DNA from: Desulfatiglandales bacterium
Lineage (GTDB): Bacteria; Desulfobacterota; DSM-4660; Desulfatiglandales; Desulfatiglandaceae
NCBI GenBank assembly: GCA_963666345.1
Contig: OY762721.1
Location: 3,072,001 to 3,136,000 of the forward strand
Direction of reading: 5' to 3'
Length of the DNA stretch: 64,000 bases
The position numbers and the translations under genes were made by a program. Below are positions 39,293-48,830 of this stretch, in pieces (the stretch's first letter is position 1; the number at the start of each line of letters is the position of its first letter). The notes under the pieces are model-generated. The model made no database searches. It saw only the letters and a program-made list of their open reading frames with translations, and was not told the DNA's origin.

Positions 39293-42200
39293 ATGAAGAC
39301 AAGTAGTATTGATTCAACAAAAATCGACGGCAATCGAAGCATCAGGCAAGGTGGAACATTTATCCGGGCAATTACATGCTTAATGCTCCCGGTAATCATC
39401 TCTATTCTGTTGATGGGCCTTCCTTCGGTCGGGCATGGAACCGAGGATCCCCTGACACCTGAGGAAAGAGCCTGGCTGAAGCAGCATGACGAGAAGATTA
39501 TTGTAAATAATGAAGCAGGCTGGCCGCCGATTATAGATAGGGATAACGATGGCAATTCGTTTGGAATTGTTATGGATTATCAAAGATTGATTGAAAAGAA
39601 GCTTAATTTTAAGTTCAAAATGGACAAGTTGGACAGCTGGAAAAACTTTATGGAGAGGTTTCGTAAAGGAGAAATTGACGTAAATAATAATCTTCAAAAA
39701 TCTCCTAAGCGAACTGAATATGCACTTTTTACAAAGCCCTATATAGAGATTCCAAATGCCATCATCGTCAGAAAAGAAAATAAAAGCGTTCTCACCTTAG
39801 AAAAGATGCGTGAAATGAAAATCGCGGTTACCAATGACTTTGCCATTCATGGCTACATCAAAAACAATTATGATTATTTACAACTCATACCGCTTGATGA
39901 TGATCTCAGTTGTTTGCTTGAAACCTCCACCAAAAACGTAGATGCAGCGGTCGTGAATCTGGCTGTTGCATCATTTATTATAGAAAAGATGGGGATAGCC
40001 AACCTTCGCGTCGCAGGATATGCCGAGTATACAAATGCGCTCTGTTTTGCGTCAAGAAAGGATTGGCCGATCCTGAACCGGATACTGGATAAGGGACTTA
40101 ACCTCATCAGCCAGGCAGAAAGGAAAGCCATTTACAGAAAGTGGATCTCTTTGAGATATATACCTTTTTACAAAACCCGTAATTTCTGGATCGTTTCCTG
40201 TAGCGTAGCCGCGGCAGTTATAGCAATTATCATTATGATACTTGTTTGGAATCGAAGTCTGAAAAGGCAAATTGAGTTACGAACAGAGAAACTTGAAACA
40301 ATCAATGTTCAATTGAAAAATGAGATAGATGATCGCAAGAAGGCGGAAGAGTCACTAAAGGAGAGTAAAGATAATTATCGCATTTTGTTCGATAATGCCC
40401 CCGACTTAATTATCGTAATCAATACTGAAGGAATTTTTCTTGATTTAAATAAAAAGTTTGAGCAAGAAAGCGGTTACAGCCGAGAGGAGATGATAGGGAA
40501 AAGTGTCTTCACAAGCGGGATATTAACAGAATCATCTGTTAATTTATCAATACCTTACTTTGAAAAGCTTCTTGCGGGGGGGAAACGGGCCTTACTTGAA
40601 ATTGAAGGTGTGACAAAAGGTGGCAGTAAAGTTCCTTATGAGCTAATGGCGGTTCCTATTAAGAAAGATGGTAAGATAGTGGCAGCTCAGGCGACACTGA
40701 GGAATATGACCGATCGCAAGCAGGCGGAGGAGGAAAAAGATAAGCTGCAGGAGCAGCTGTCCAGTGCTGTGGAAATGGCCCGTCTGGGCCATTGGGAGTA
40801 CGACGTCGCCAAGGACCTCTTCACGTTCAATGACCATTTCTACAAAATATTTCGCACCACAGCCAGGCAAGTCGGAGGGTATACGATGTCATCGGCTGAA
40901 TACGCCCGTCGATTTGTCCATCCTGACGATATGACTGTTGTCGAAGAAGAAAATCGAAAAGCTATTGAAGCAACCGATCCCAACTTTAGCCGACAACTGG
41001 AACACCGAATGGTTTATGCCGATGGGACGGTCGGCCATATCACCGTTCGGTTTTTCATCATCAAGGACGCCCACGGTAGGACGGTCAAGACCTATGGCGT
41101 GAATCAAGATATTACCGAGCGCAGGAGGACGGAGGAGGCGTTACGGAAGAGCGAGGAGAAATACCGGAATATTCTTGAAAACATTGAAGATGGCTATTAT
41201 GAAGTAGACATTGCTGGAAACTTTACTTTTTTTAACAAATCAATGTGCAAGATCCTTGGATATTCAGCCGATGAGTTAATGGGCAAGAATAATCGTGAGT
41301 ACACGGATGGAGAAAATGCAAAAAAGATTTTTCAGGCCTTTCATGACGTGTATCAAACAGGAATAGCCACCAAGGCACTTGATTGGAAACTTATCAGAAA
41401 AGATGGTTCCGAGTGTTTTGTCGAAACGGTGGTGTCTCTTGTAACGGATTTAAATAACAACAAAGTGGGATTTAGGGGAATCGCCAGAGATGTCAGTGAA
41501 CGCAAGTCTATCGAAGCACAGCTTCACCAAGCACGAAAAATGGAGTCAATCGGCACCCTGACAGGCGGCATCGCCCATGATTTTAATAACATTATGGGTA
41601 TTATTGTTGGAAACACGGAACTGGCTTTAGATGATGTCCCGGAGTGGAACCCGGTTCATTCCAACCTTGAAGAGATCAAAACAGCCAGCCTAAGGGCAAC
41701 AAATATAGTAAGGCAACTTCTCAGCTTCAGCCGCAAGACCGACCAGAAACTGCAACCCATGGAAATTGCCTTAGTCATTAAAGATGCACTCAGATTTTTG
41801 CGATCAACGATTCCAACCTCCATAGACATTCAGCAGGATATTCGAGCCACGGATGAAGCTATTCTTGCAGAGCCAACCCAGATCAACCAGATCATGATGA
41901 ACCTGTGCATCAACGCTTCCCATGCCATGGAAAAAACCGGCGGAAATATTGCAGTCAATGTGGAAAAGGTGATTCTGGACGATAGTTCGGCCAAAGACTA
42001 TCCAGATTTGAGAAGCGGCAAACATGTCAAGGTAACGGTAAGCGATACAGGCCCGGGAATAGACCCTGCAATCATCGACCGAATCTTTGACCCCTATTTT
42101 ACCACCAAGGAAGTGGGAAAAGGCTCAGGCATGGGCCTTGCTATGGTGCAAGGCATTGTCAAGAACCTTAGCGGAGCGATTTTGGTTGACAGTAGGCCCG

Positions 42201-42658
42201 GCCAAGGCACTACTTTTACGATGCTTTTTCCACTGATTGAAGGAAAAACAGCGGTTGAAACAGAAACAATACAGGTGCTTCCCAGGGGAAGTGAAACCAT
42301 ACTATTCGTGGATGATGAACTGTCGATTGTAAAGATGGTGCGGAAAATGCTCGAGCGCCTGGGATACAAAGTCGAAACCTCCATGACGCCGCAAGATGCT
42401 TTGGAACGGTTTCGCCTGAATTCCGATCAGTTTGATTTAGTCATTACTGATATGACTATGCCGCAGATGACCGGTGTTAAGCTGTCTGAAAAGATAATGG
42501 AAATCCGAGAAGATATCCCAATCATCATCTGCACGGGGCATAGTGCCCTTGTCGATGAAGAAAAGGCGAAAGAATTAGGTTTAGCCGCCTATATCATGAA
42601 ACCAATAAACATGTCAGTAATCGCGCAGACCATTCGGAAGGTGTTTGACAAAAAATAA
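39293..42658 (+). CDS. Hybrid sensor histidine kinase (periplasmic binding domain, 3 PAS, HisKA, HATPase, REC)
   Basis: GGIAHDFNN, NLCINA, DTGPG, FTTKEVGKGSGMGL, FVDDE, TDMTMP. Confidence 0.93.
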   Translation: MKTSSIDSTKIDGNRSIRQGGTFIRAITCLMLPVIISILLMGLPSVGHGTEDPLTPEERAWLKQHDEKIIVNNEAGWPPIIDRDNDGNSFGIVMDYQRLIEKKLNFKFKMDKLDSWKNFMERFRKGEIDVNNNLQKSPKRTEYALFTKPYIEIPNAIIVRKENKSVLTLEKMREMKIAVTNDFAIHGYIKNNYDYLQLIPLDDDLSCLLETSTKNVDAAVVNLAVASFIIEKMGIANLRVAGYAEYTNALCFASRKDWPILNRILDKGLNLISQAERKAIYRKWISLRYIPFYKTRNFWIVSCSVAAAVIAIIIMILVWNRSLKRQIELRTEKLETINVQLKNEIDDRKKAEESLKESKDNYRILFDNAPDLIIVINTEGIFLDLNKKFEQESGYSREEMIGKSVFTSGILTESSVNLSIPYFEKLLAGGKRALLEIEGVTKGGSKVPYELMAVPIKKDGKIVAAQATLRNMTDRKQAEEEKDKLQEQLSSAVEMARLGHWEYDVAKDLFTFNDHFYKIFRTTARQVGGYTMSSAEYARRFVHPDDMTVVEEENRKAIEATDPNFSRQLEHRMVYADGTVGHITVRFFIIKDAHGRTVKTYGVNQDITERRRTEEALRKSEEKYRNILENIEDGYYEVDIAGNFTFFNKSMCKILGYSADELMGKNNREYTDGENAKKIFQAFHDVYQTGIATKALDWKLIRKDGSECFVETVVSLVTDLNNNKVGFRGIARDVSERKSIEAQLHQARKMESIGTLTGGIAHDFNNIMGIIVGNTELALDDVPEWNPVHSNLEEIKTASLRATNIVRQLLSFSRKTDQKLQPMEIALVIKDALRFLRSTIPTSIDIQQDIRATDEAILAEPTQINQIMMNLCINASHAMEKTGGNIAVNVEKVILDDSSAKDYPDLRSGKHVKVTVSDTGPGIDPAIIDRIFDPYFTTKEVGKGSGMGLAMVQGIVKNLSGAILVDSRPGQGTTFTMLFPLIEGKTAVETETIQVLPRGSETILFVDDELSIVKMVRKMLERLGYKVETSMTPQDALERFRLNSDQFDLVITDMTMPQMTGVKLSEKIMEIREDIPIIICTGHSALVDEEKAKELGLAAYIMKPINMSVIAQTIRKVFDKK

Positions 42659-43230
42659 TTCCGCGTCAATGATTATCCCTGTACGTAATAAAATAGAGAT
42701 TGACTCTTGAGTGTCTAAGGGTCGTCATCCGCCTGCTTTTATTGGTAAACCTTAAGAAAGGGGCAGATATGACCCGAGAGATGATAAGACCATGGCATGA
42801 AGGTTTCCCCCCCCAGGACTTTGTCAAAGGCTTCAAACCCATCCCCTTTATATAGACCTTAAACCCGCTTAGGTCCGTGGTGACGGCAAGAGCAAAAAGG
42901 CATTTGAGATGAAAAGCGGATCGATGTTGTTGGGAGCACGTGTTTTTAGAGATGTCGAATTCGCTTTTGCTTGGAGCCGCAGTCGGCAGAAAGGTCAGGC
43001 AATCCGGAGACGGCTATGAGCTTCGAGAGTCCGTAAATCCCTCGTCAATTTTGAGGCTGAAAACGGCGATACAGGCCTTGTGAAAACAGGTATTTTTGGA
43101 ATGATTATCATGTGTAATTACCAGGTTATCGCGACCCCAAGTCTCCACCCTATCCTGATTGGCCTAACTTAATCGGTGACCACATCGCTCAAAATGGCTA
43201 TACTTAGGCTATACATTAGGAGGTGATCAA

Positions 43231-43428
43231 ATGCTTACAAAAATTCAGAAATGGGGAAATATCCAAGGTCTTCGTCTTCCCAAAAATTTGCTCAATGACG
43301 TACAGCTTGGGGTCGGTGATGATGTGGATATCAGTGTAAAAGACGGTGTAATTATTGTCACACCAGCCAAAATGGTCCGTGGCTTCTTATGTCCCAAACC
43401 AAGGGGATATTATCGCATTCACCTTTGA
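43231..43428 (+). pseudogene. mazE: MazE/AbrB antitoxin lacking its normal C-terminus
   Basis: KIQKWGNIQGLRLPK AbrB domain, then runs out of frame into mazF after VRG. Confidence 0.75.
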
Positions 43429-43717
43429 TCCCCAATCCGGTCACGAACAAAAAGGGCGACGTCCTGCTTTAGTTGTCAGTAAGGAGCTGTTCAATCGAAG
43501 TACCGGTTTAGCTATTGTGTGTCCTATTACAAATACACAGTGTGGTTTTCCATTTCATGTCCCTATACCAAAGGACAGCAGGCTAACAGGTTTCATTATG
43601 GTTGAGCAAATTAAATCAGTTGATTTTAGAGCCCGGCGTGCCAAACGAATTGAGCAGCACAGCAATGATGAATTGCTTTCTGAAGTCCTGTCTATACTGG
43701 ATGCCTGCATTTATTAG
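43379..43717 (+). CDS. mazF: MazF/PemK toxin
   Basis: YVPNQGDI..FDPQSGHEQKGRRPALVVS, CPIT, EQIKSVD; GTG start inferred. Confidence 0.9.
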   Translation: MASYVPNQGDIIAFTFDPQSGHEQKGRRPALVVSKELFNRSTGLAIVCPITNTQCGFPFHVPIPKDSRLTGFIMVEQIKSVDFRARRAKRIEQHSNDELLSEVLSILDACIY

Positions 43718-43719
43718 GC

Positions 43720-43821
43720 GGCCAACCTAAGGGTCAACAAGGACCAGCTTTTCCGGCTTGCTTCAAATCCGGCCTGTTACCCAGGCAGTGTGCCGGGCAT
43801 TGCACGTAGCTAGTGAGGTGC
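43720..43821 (+). other. attC-like site followed by group II intron 5' stub
   Basis: GGCCAAC..GGGTCAACAAGG..CCTGTTACCC then GTGTGCCGGGCATTGCACGTAGCTAGTGAGGTGC from 43788. Confidence 0.6.
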
Positions 43822-43852
43822 TCCATGCCGAAAGACTGGGAAACGGATATTA

Positions 43853-44050
43853 TCATCTTCCCCCGGTCGGAAAGGCCATCTCGTCGCACCTCCAGCAACC
43901 CTGCTCCCTGAAGTCTTTTTCAGGGTCGATACCCTTATCACAAAGCCATCCATATCCGTCCCTGTCCTTGAAAAACTTCAATGGCCGCGCCGGTTTGTGG
44001 GTATCGGTTGTAATCTTTTCTCTATCGTCATAATAAGTTTCCTCTGCCAT
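43853..44050 (-). CDS. 65-aa hypothetical protein (WLCD..GCWRC)
   Basis: AAGGAG RBS; sigma-54 promoter upstream. Confidence 0.7.
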   Translation of the reverse strand: MAEETYYDDREKITTDTHKPARPLKFFKDRDGYGWLCDKGIDPEKDFREQGCWRCDEMAFPTGGR

Positions 44051-44110
44051 GGTAATCTCCTTTATTGTCTGGGGTTGAGGTTGAATCACGCCCTGTTCAT
44101 TTTATATATG

Positions 44111-44126
44111 AGCACAATCCGTGCCA
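44111..44126 (-). promoter_or_regulatory. Sigma-54 (-24/-12) promoter
   Basis: TGGCACGGATTGTGCT, GG-N10-GC. Confidence 0.8.
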
Positions 44127-44271
44127 GGGAAACGGATTCGGCTGAACAATAAATTGTCCCGGTATTTCAGGAAGATATGATGCCAAAAGGCAGGGGATAA
44201 GAAAGGGGGAAACAATCGTTAAATGCAACTTCGCTACCTGTTACGGATTTACCGGTTGCAATACTGCTTCC

Positions 44272-45660
44272 TTATTTTGCCCTGTTGGAACTGCCCACCT
44301 GTTCAGGCGGCCTGATGTCGAGCTTTTTCATCTTGCGGAACAGCGTTGTCTTGTGGATTTTCAGCTCTTTGGAGGTGGCGAGTCGATTCCATTTATTCTT
44401 TGTAAGAACTGATATGATGAACTGCTTTTCCACTTCAGCCAGGCTGGAAGCGGTGCCCATATTTTCTGTCCGGGGTCGCAGCGATTCGGGTAAGTGCCTG
44501 ACCCGGATTAAATTGCCGGGGCACAGGACGCAGCCATGTTCAATGATGTTTTCCAGCTCCCTGACGTTTCCGGGGTAATCATGGCTCATCAGTATGGTTA
44601 AGGCATCAGGGGAAATACCGTTGATATCTTTGTCGTGAAGGGCTGAAAATCGCCCGATGAAGTGATTTACGAGTAACGGCACATCTTCCATCCGTTCACG
44701 AAGCGGTGGAATTTCCAGCTTGATTACATTAATCCTGTAATAGAGGTCCTGCCGAAATGTCTTTTTGGCAACCATCAATTCCAAGTCACGGTTTGTTGCA
44801 GTGACAATTCGAACATCGGCCTTCACGGAACGAACACCACCCAGGGGTTCATATGTTTTTTCCTGAAGTACGCGGAGGAGCTTTATCTGAAGGAGCGACG
44901 GGAGGTCCCCGACCTCGTCAAGGAACAGCGTGCCCCCTTCGGCCAGGGCGAAACGTCCAGGCTTGGCCTTGACGGCACCGGTGAAGGCGCCAGCCTCGTA
45001 CCCGAAAAGCTCCGACTCTATAAGCGTTTCCGGAAAACCGCCGCAGTTTATGGCGACAAACCGTCTTTTACTACGTCTACTGAGGTTGTGAAGGGCACGG
45101 GCGAAAACCTCCTTGCCCGTTCCACTTTCACCCGTTATCAAGACGTTGCTCTCATTCAGGGCTATGGTAGGCAGGATGTCCAGGATCTGTTTGATTTTGT
45201 TGTTTTTGCTGATAATATCTTCAAAGGTATATGTCTTTTCTATTTCTTTTCGCAGCTCTTCAACGTGTCTCAGATCCCGGAAACTCTCCACCCCACCGAT
45301 CAGTCTGCCTTGTCTGTCTCTGAAAAGCGCCGTGGAAACGCTTATCGGGATCTGCGCCCCCTGTCTATTGGTGAGGTACACCGTAAGGTTTACGACCGGT
45401 CTGCCGGTTTCTATCGTATACTGTATGGCACAGGCATCTCTGCAGATGTTTGATTTAAAAACCTCATAGCAGCGGCGCCCCAGCGCCTCCGAGCGCGGTA
45501 TGCCTGTGATTTTCTCTGCAGCGCGGTTAAAGCAGGTAATACGCCACTCACGATCCACAGTAAAAACTCCCTCGCTTATACTGTGAATTACCGCCTCAAA
45601 ACGCTCAGGCGACGGCTCGCCCAGAAAAGCCGCTGAATTGAGTCTGTCCTTTTCCGTCAT
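44272..45660 (-). CDS. PAS-domain sigma-54-dependent transcriptional activator
   Basis: GESGTGKE, ESELFGYEAGAFTGA, FLDE, PGNVRELEN, Fis HTH. Confidence 0.95.
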   Translation of the reverse strand: MTEKDRLNSAAFLGEPSPERFEAVIHSISEGVFTVDREWRITCFNRAAEKITGIPRSEALGRRCYEVFKSNICRDACAIQYTIETGRPVVNLTVYLTNRQGAQIPISVSTALFRDRQGRLIGGVESFRDLRHVEELRKEIEKTYTFEDIISKNNKIKQILDILPTIALNESNVLITGESGTGKEVFARALHNLSRRSKRRFVAINCGGFPETLIESELFGYEAGAFTGAVKAKPGRFALAEGGTLFLDEVGDLPSLLQIKLLRVLQEKTYEPLGGVRSVKADVRIVTATNRDLELMVAKKTFRQDLYYRINVIKLEIPPLRERMEDVPLLVNHFIGRFSALHDKDINGISPDALTILMSHDYPGNVRELENIIEHGCVLCPGNLIRVRHLPESLRPRTENMGTASSLAEVEKQFIISVLTKNKWNRLATSKELKIHKTTLFRKMKKLDIRPPEQVGSSNRAK

Positions 45661-45765
45661 TTTTCCCTTTCACATTCCACCGTCTGCGGCTGACCGAGAG
45701 CAATACCGTGTGGTTGCCGGAACGACTTGCGTCGTAAAACCAGGGGTGGAAGGCGCCCTTTCAAT

Positions 45766-47640
45766 CTAAGGAGTGGCATTATATGAGTGTCCCCTGGTCA
45801 ATGTCTCCATCCGCTTTTTTGAATATCCCAGGATTTCCCAGGCCTCTTTGTAGACCGGCCTTCCGTCCCTGTTAAAGGGATCAATAAGGATTTTTCGATT
45901 AAAAAAGGGAGAAGGCTTTAAGTGGCAGTCTTTACACCCTTTGGATCCGAGGGCAAATTTGCCGCTGACCACATTATGGCTGAGATCAAAGGGTTCGCAG
46001 CATTTGAACCCCCCGTCGCGCGTAGGCATTAGAGCCTTGTTCAATTGATTGTGATCGAGATAATATATCATGCCGCCCTTTACCAGAACAGGCGAGTGGT
46101 ACACGATCCGGCACCCGAATCTGTCCTTGCCCTCTGATATGGCCTTGAGGTATGTCGTTATTTCTTCCGCAGTGTTTACCTGTTTTGATCCGTTTAGCGC
46201 CTCCAAAAGGGCATAGTTGGTGATGGAAAAATTGTTCTTGGGTCCGGCTCCGGTGAAGTCCCTGATTCTCCACAGGACAATGGGGATAACACGATGAGAA
46301 GACCTGTCCCAATCTCCCCACCATACGACCTGCATAGGGTCAACCGGCTTGATCTTTCCTTTGTATTTTACAAACGCGGGGCACCAGCTGCTTTTCGGAA
46401 ACCTTCGGCAGGATTGAGCGGGATTCAGGGGATCATTAGATAAAAAATCCGAGGTCAGGTATCGGATACTGTGTCCTGTTGTCGCGTTGTCCATTACTGA
46501 AGTGGCTGCGTTGATTTTGTACGGGATATGACATGTTTCACAAGATATTTTATCGATATGCAGATCCGGGAATTTATGATCAGGTCTCGGCGCACGGCTG
46601 TCCGCTCCCTTTAAATGACAATCCGCACAGCCCTTCATGCTCACATCAATATCATCCCTTACGGACCCGACCAGTATGTCACCCTTGGCAATTTCATGAT
46701 TTTCACCGCCGCTGTGACAGTATGTGCATGATAGATTTTTTGCCTTGTGGACGTCTGTTGCGGCATCCCAGCTTCTGCCTCTTTTCATGCCGTCAGGCAT
46801 GACATGACAATTCCAGCAGTTTTCGTCAGGGACCTCTCCGGTTATGGATGCGGCAAGATCCGCCGGGTCGGCGACCCCCGTCTTTGTGTAATCAAGGCCG
46901 AATGAAAGGGCTTTAGCAGGCAGTGAAGGAAGGGCCGGTTTAGACGCCTTGAGATCGCGATACCATCCGGCCCCCACCATGGGTGCCTCGTAAAAAAATC
47001 CTCCTCTAAGGGCGAGCGTCCGTGCTTTCCAGTCATACCCTTTGAGGTGGCAGCTCAGGCAATCAGCCTCAATCACGCCGCTTTTTGTCCAATTTGATTG
47101 ATAATAGTCACCGTCAAGATAATTATCGCCTCTGGGTATGATATTATTGGCGGGGTCTCTTGCGAATTCATCGTAGCGATTTCCCTTGCGGTCATACTCG
47201 CCTGGCCCACCTCCCGGATGGCAGACGCCGCAGGTCTTTGCCCAAAAATACGATGACTTGTCAATGTCACAGCGCCTCATGTTTACCTTCCTTGCCAACT
47301 GGCTGGAATCCGAAGAGGGGGGTCACCACTTGCCGTACATGCCGCGTGAAATCAGCCAGGGGTTTTTGGAGTCCATGTCGTCCCTGACGATTATATTGCC
47401 CGCAGCATCGGTTCGACCATGTTGAAAGTGATAGGCGTTGGTTATGGCGTCATAATCATGACATTCCCCGCATGTGTTTTTGGGGCTGTAAGGGATGTTG
47501 CTCTCAAGCGGTATTTCATTTCCATCGTAATCCATCAGTATGACTTCCGGATGGGGTGCCTTCTCAGAAGCCTCGGAAACGGGAAACAAAAAGGGCATCA
47601 ATAACGTCCACAAAATAAAAAGAAAGCCAGATTTTCGCAT
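45766..47640 (-). CDS. Octaheme cytochrome c with in-frame UGA (putative selenocysteine 106), 624 aa
   Basis: Signal peptide + CGECH in the first ORF; GKW-TGA-PPSSDSSQLARK continues in frame into the second ORF with 7 more CxxCH. Confidence 0.75.
47288..47308 (-). promoter_or_regulatory. Putative SECIS hairpin
   Basis: UUCC-A-GCC-AGUU-GGC-AA-GGAA; apical loop begins 23 nt after UGA and has G at its second position. Confidence 0.5.
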
Positions 47641-47808
47641 GGGGAGACTCCTTTCACAGTTGGTTTAAACCGGTTTTCCTTTTATCGTACAGGTCCGGTG
47701 CCGTGAAATAAAAAAAGAAACCGCTATGGATCGGAAGATATATAAGGCTTCAATCCCGCAAATGATAAAGCCGCCCTTTCTCCGGTTCGGTGTTCGATCC
47801 TTCGGAAT

Positions 47809-48471
47809 TTATCTCCTGTGTAATTGCTCTGCCTGATCCAGAAGAAGGGACTTGAAATGATCAAGCTTTACGGGATATCCCTGGATCGGAATCCCCATCC
47901 AATCGGAGTACTCCAGGAATTTCTCCGGGTTTTTAGCCATATACTTTTCAACATATCCGATTGCATCAAGTACGATCGCACCTCCCGTATGCCGGGGAAA
48001 ATTTTCATTGGCAAGCCCCTTGTCCCAACCTTTGAAGACATTGTGCCTGAATTTGATCCAGCCGGGCGTCATCCACCAGATTTTTTCATCGCCTGCCACC
48101 TCCCGAGCGATTTGTTCACGTTCCGCTTCACCGGCGATCATATCCATGCAGTGTGTCGCCTCAATTCTCGCCACACCCGGGCCTTGCTCTTCAATGACTT
48201 TGCGCATGGTGCGAGCGGGCTCCTTGGCGTTGACGTAACAGAACTTGCCCCCGTATACTACGAGGACCTTGTCCACCTTTTCCTTTGCCTTGTTGATTTG
48301 CTCAATGAGTTGATGTTCCAGTTCAGGGACATCTTCATGGAGCCCGGGCGTTGTGAAAAACAGATGATGAGTATCCAGAAAGCCTTCCTCCTTTAAATGG
48401 TTCAGTTCCATAATCAAAGTGCCGCACGAGACCACCGCAATATCAGAAAAGGACACCTGGTTCATTTCCAT
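47809..48471 (-). CDS. DUF1638-like protein
   Basis: VVSCGTL, PGLH, VVYG..C, HCMDM, WWMTPGW; start trimmed to MEMNQ after AAGGAGG. Confidence 0.7.
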   Translation of the reverse strand: MEMNQVSFSDIAVVSCGTLIMELNHLKEEGFLDTHHLFFTTPGLHEDVPELEHQLIEQINKAKEKVDKVLVVYGGKFCYVNAKEPARTMRKVIEEQGPGVARIEATHCMDMIAGEAEREQIAREVAGDEKIWWMTPGWIKFRHNVFKGWDKGLANENFPRHTGGAIVLDAIGYVEKYMAKNPEKFLEYSDWMGIPIQGYPVKLDHFKSLLLDQAEQLHRR

Positions 48472-48527
48472 ACCTCCTTTCAGGTTGAGGATTGGATAAT
48501 CCTTACCTAATTCCCTGTTCATATATA

Positions 48528-48543
48528 GGCACAATCCATGCCA
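48528..48543 (-). promoter_or_regulatory. Sigma-54 (-24/-12) promoter
   Basis: TGGCATGGATTGTGCC. Confidence 0.8.
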
Positions 48544-48830
48544 ATGAAAACAGGCCGGTCTATCCGAGAGATTATCGCAGGTATTTCAGCATTATACAAA
48601 CGCCTGCGATGAAAACTTAAAATGGGGGAAAGCAAAGGGATGCAATATTGCTACCTTTTAGCCTGCCTACGATTGCAATATCGCAACCCTATTTTCCCTG
48701 GCAATATTAAGCAAAATAGAAGAATGGAGAAAGAAACCGGGGCTGCCCTGACAAAAAGATATTGACAGGAAAGGCCGAGAGGAGTTAATAACTTAATAGT
48801 TTAACTAAACGTTTAGTTTAACTTTCAGGC

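Noticed and set aside
39293..42658. Hybrid kinase as an integron cassette
   Set aside because: It starts right after an attC, but no matching RYYYAAC/attC is visible at its 3' end.
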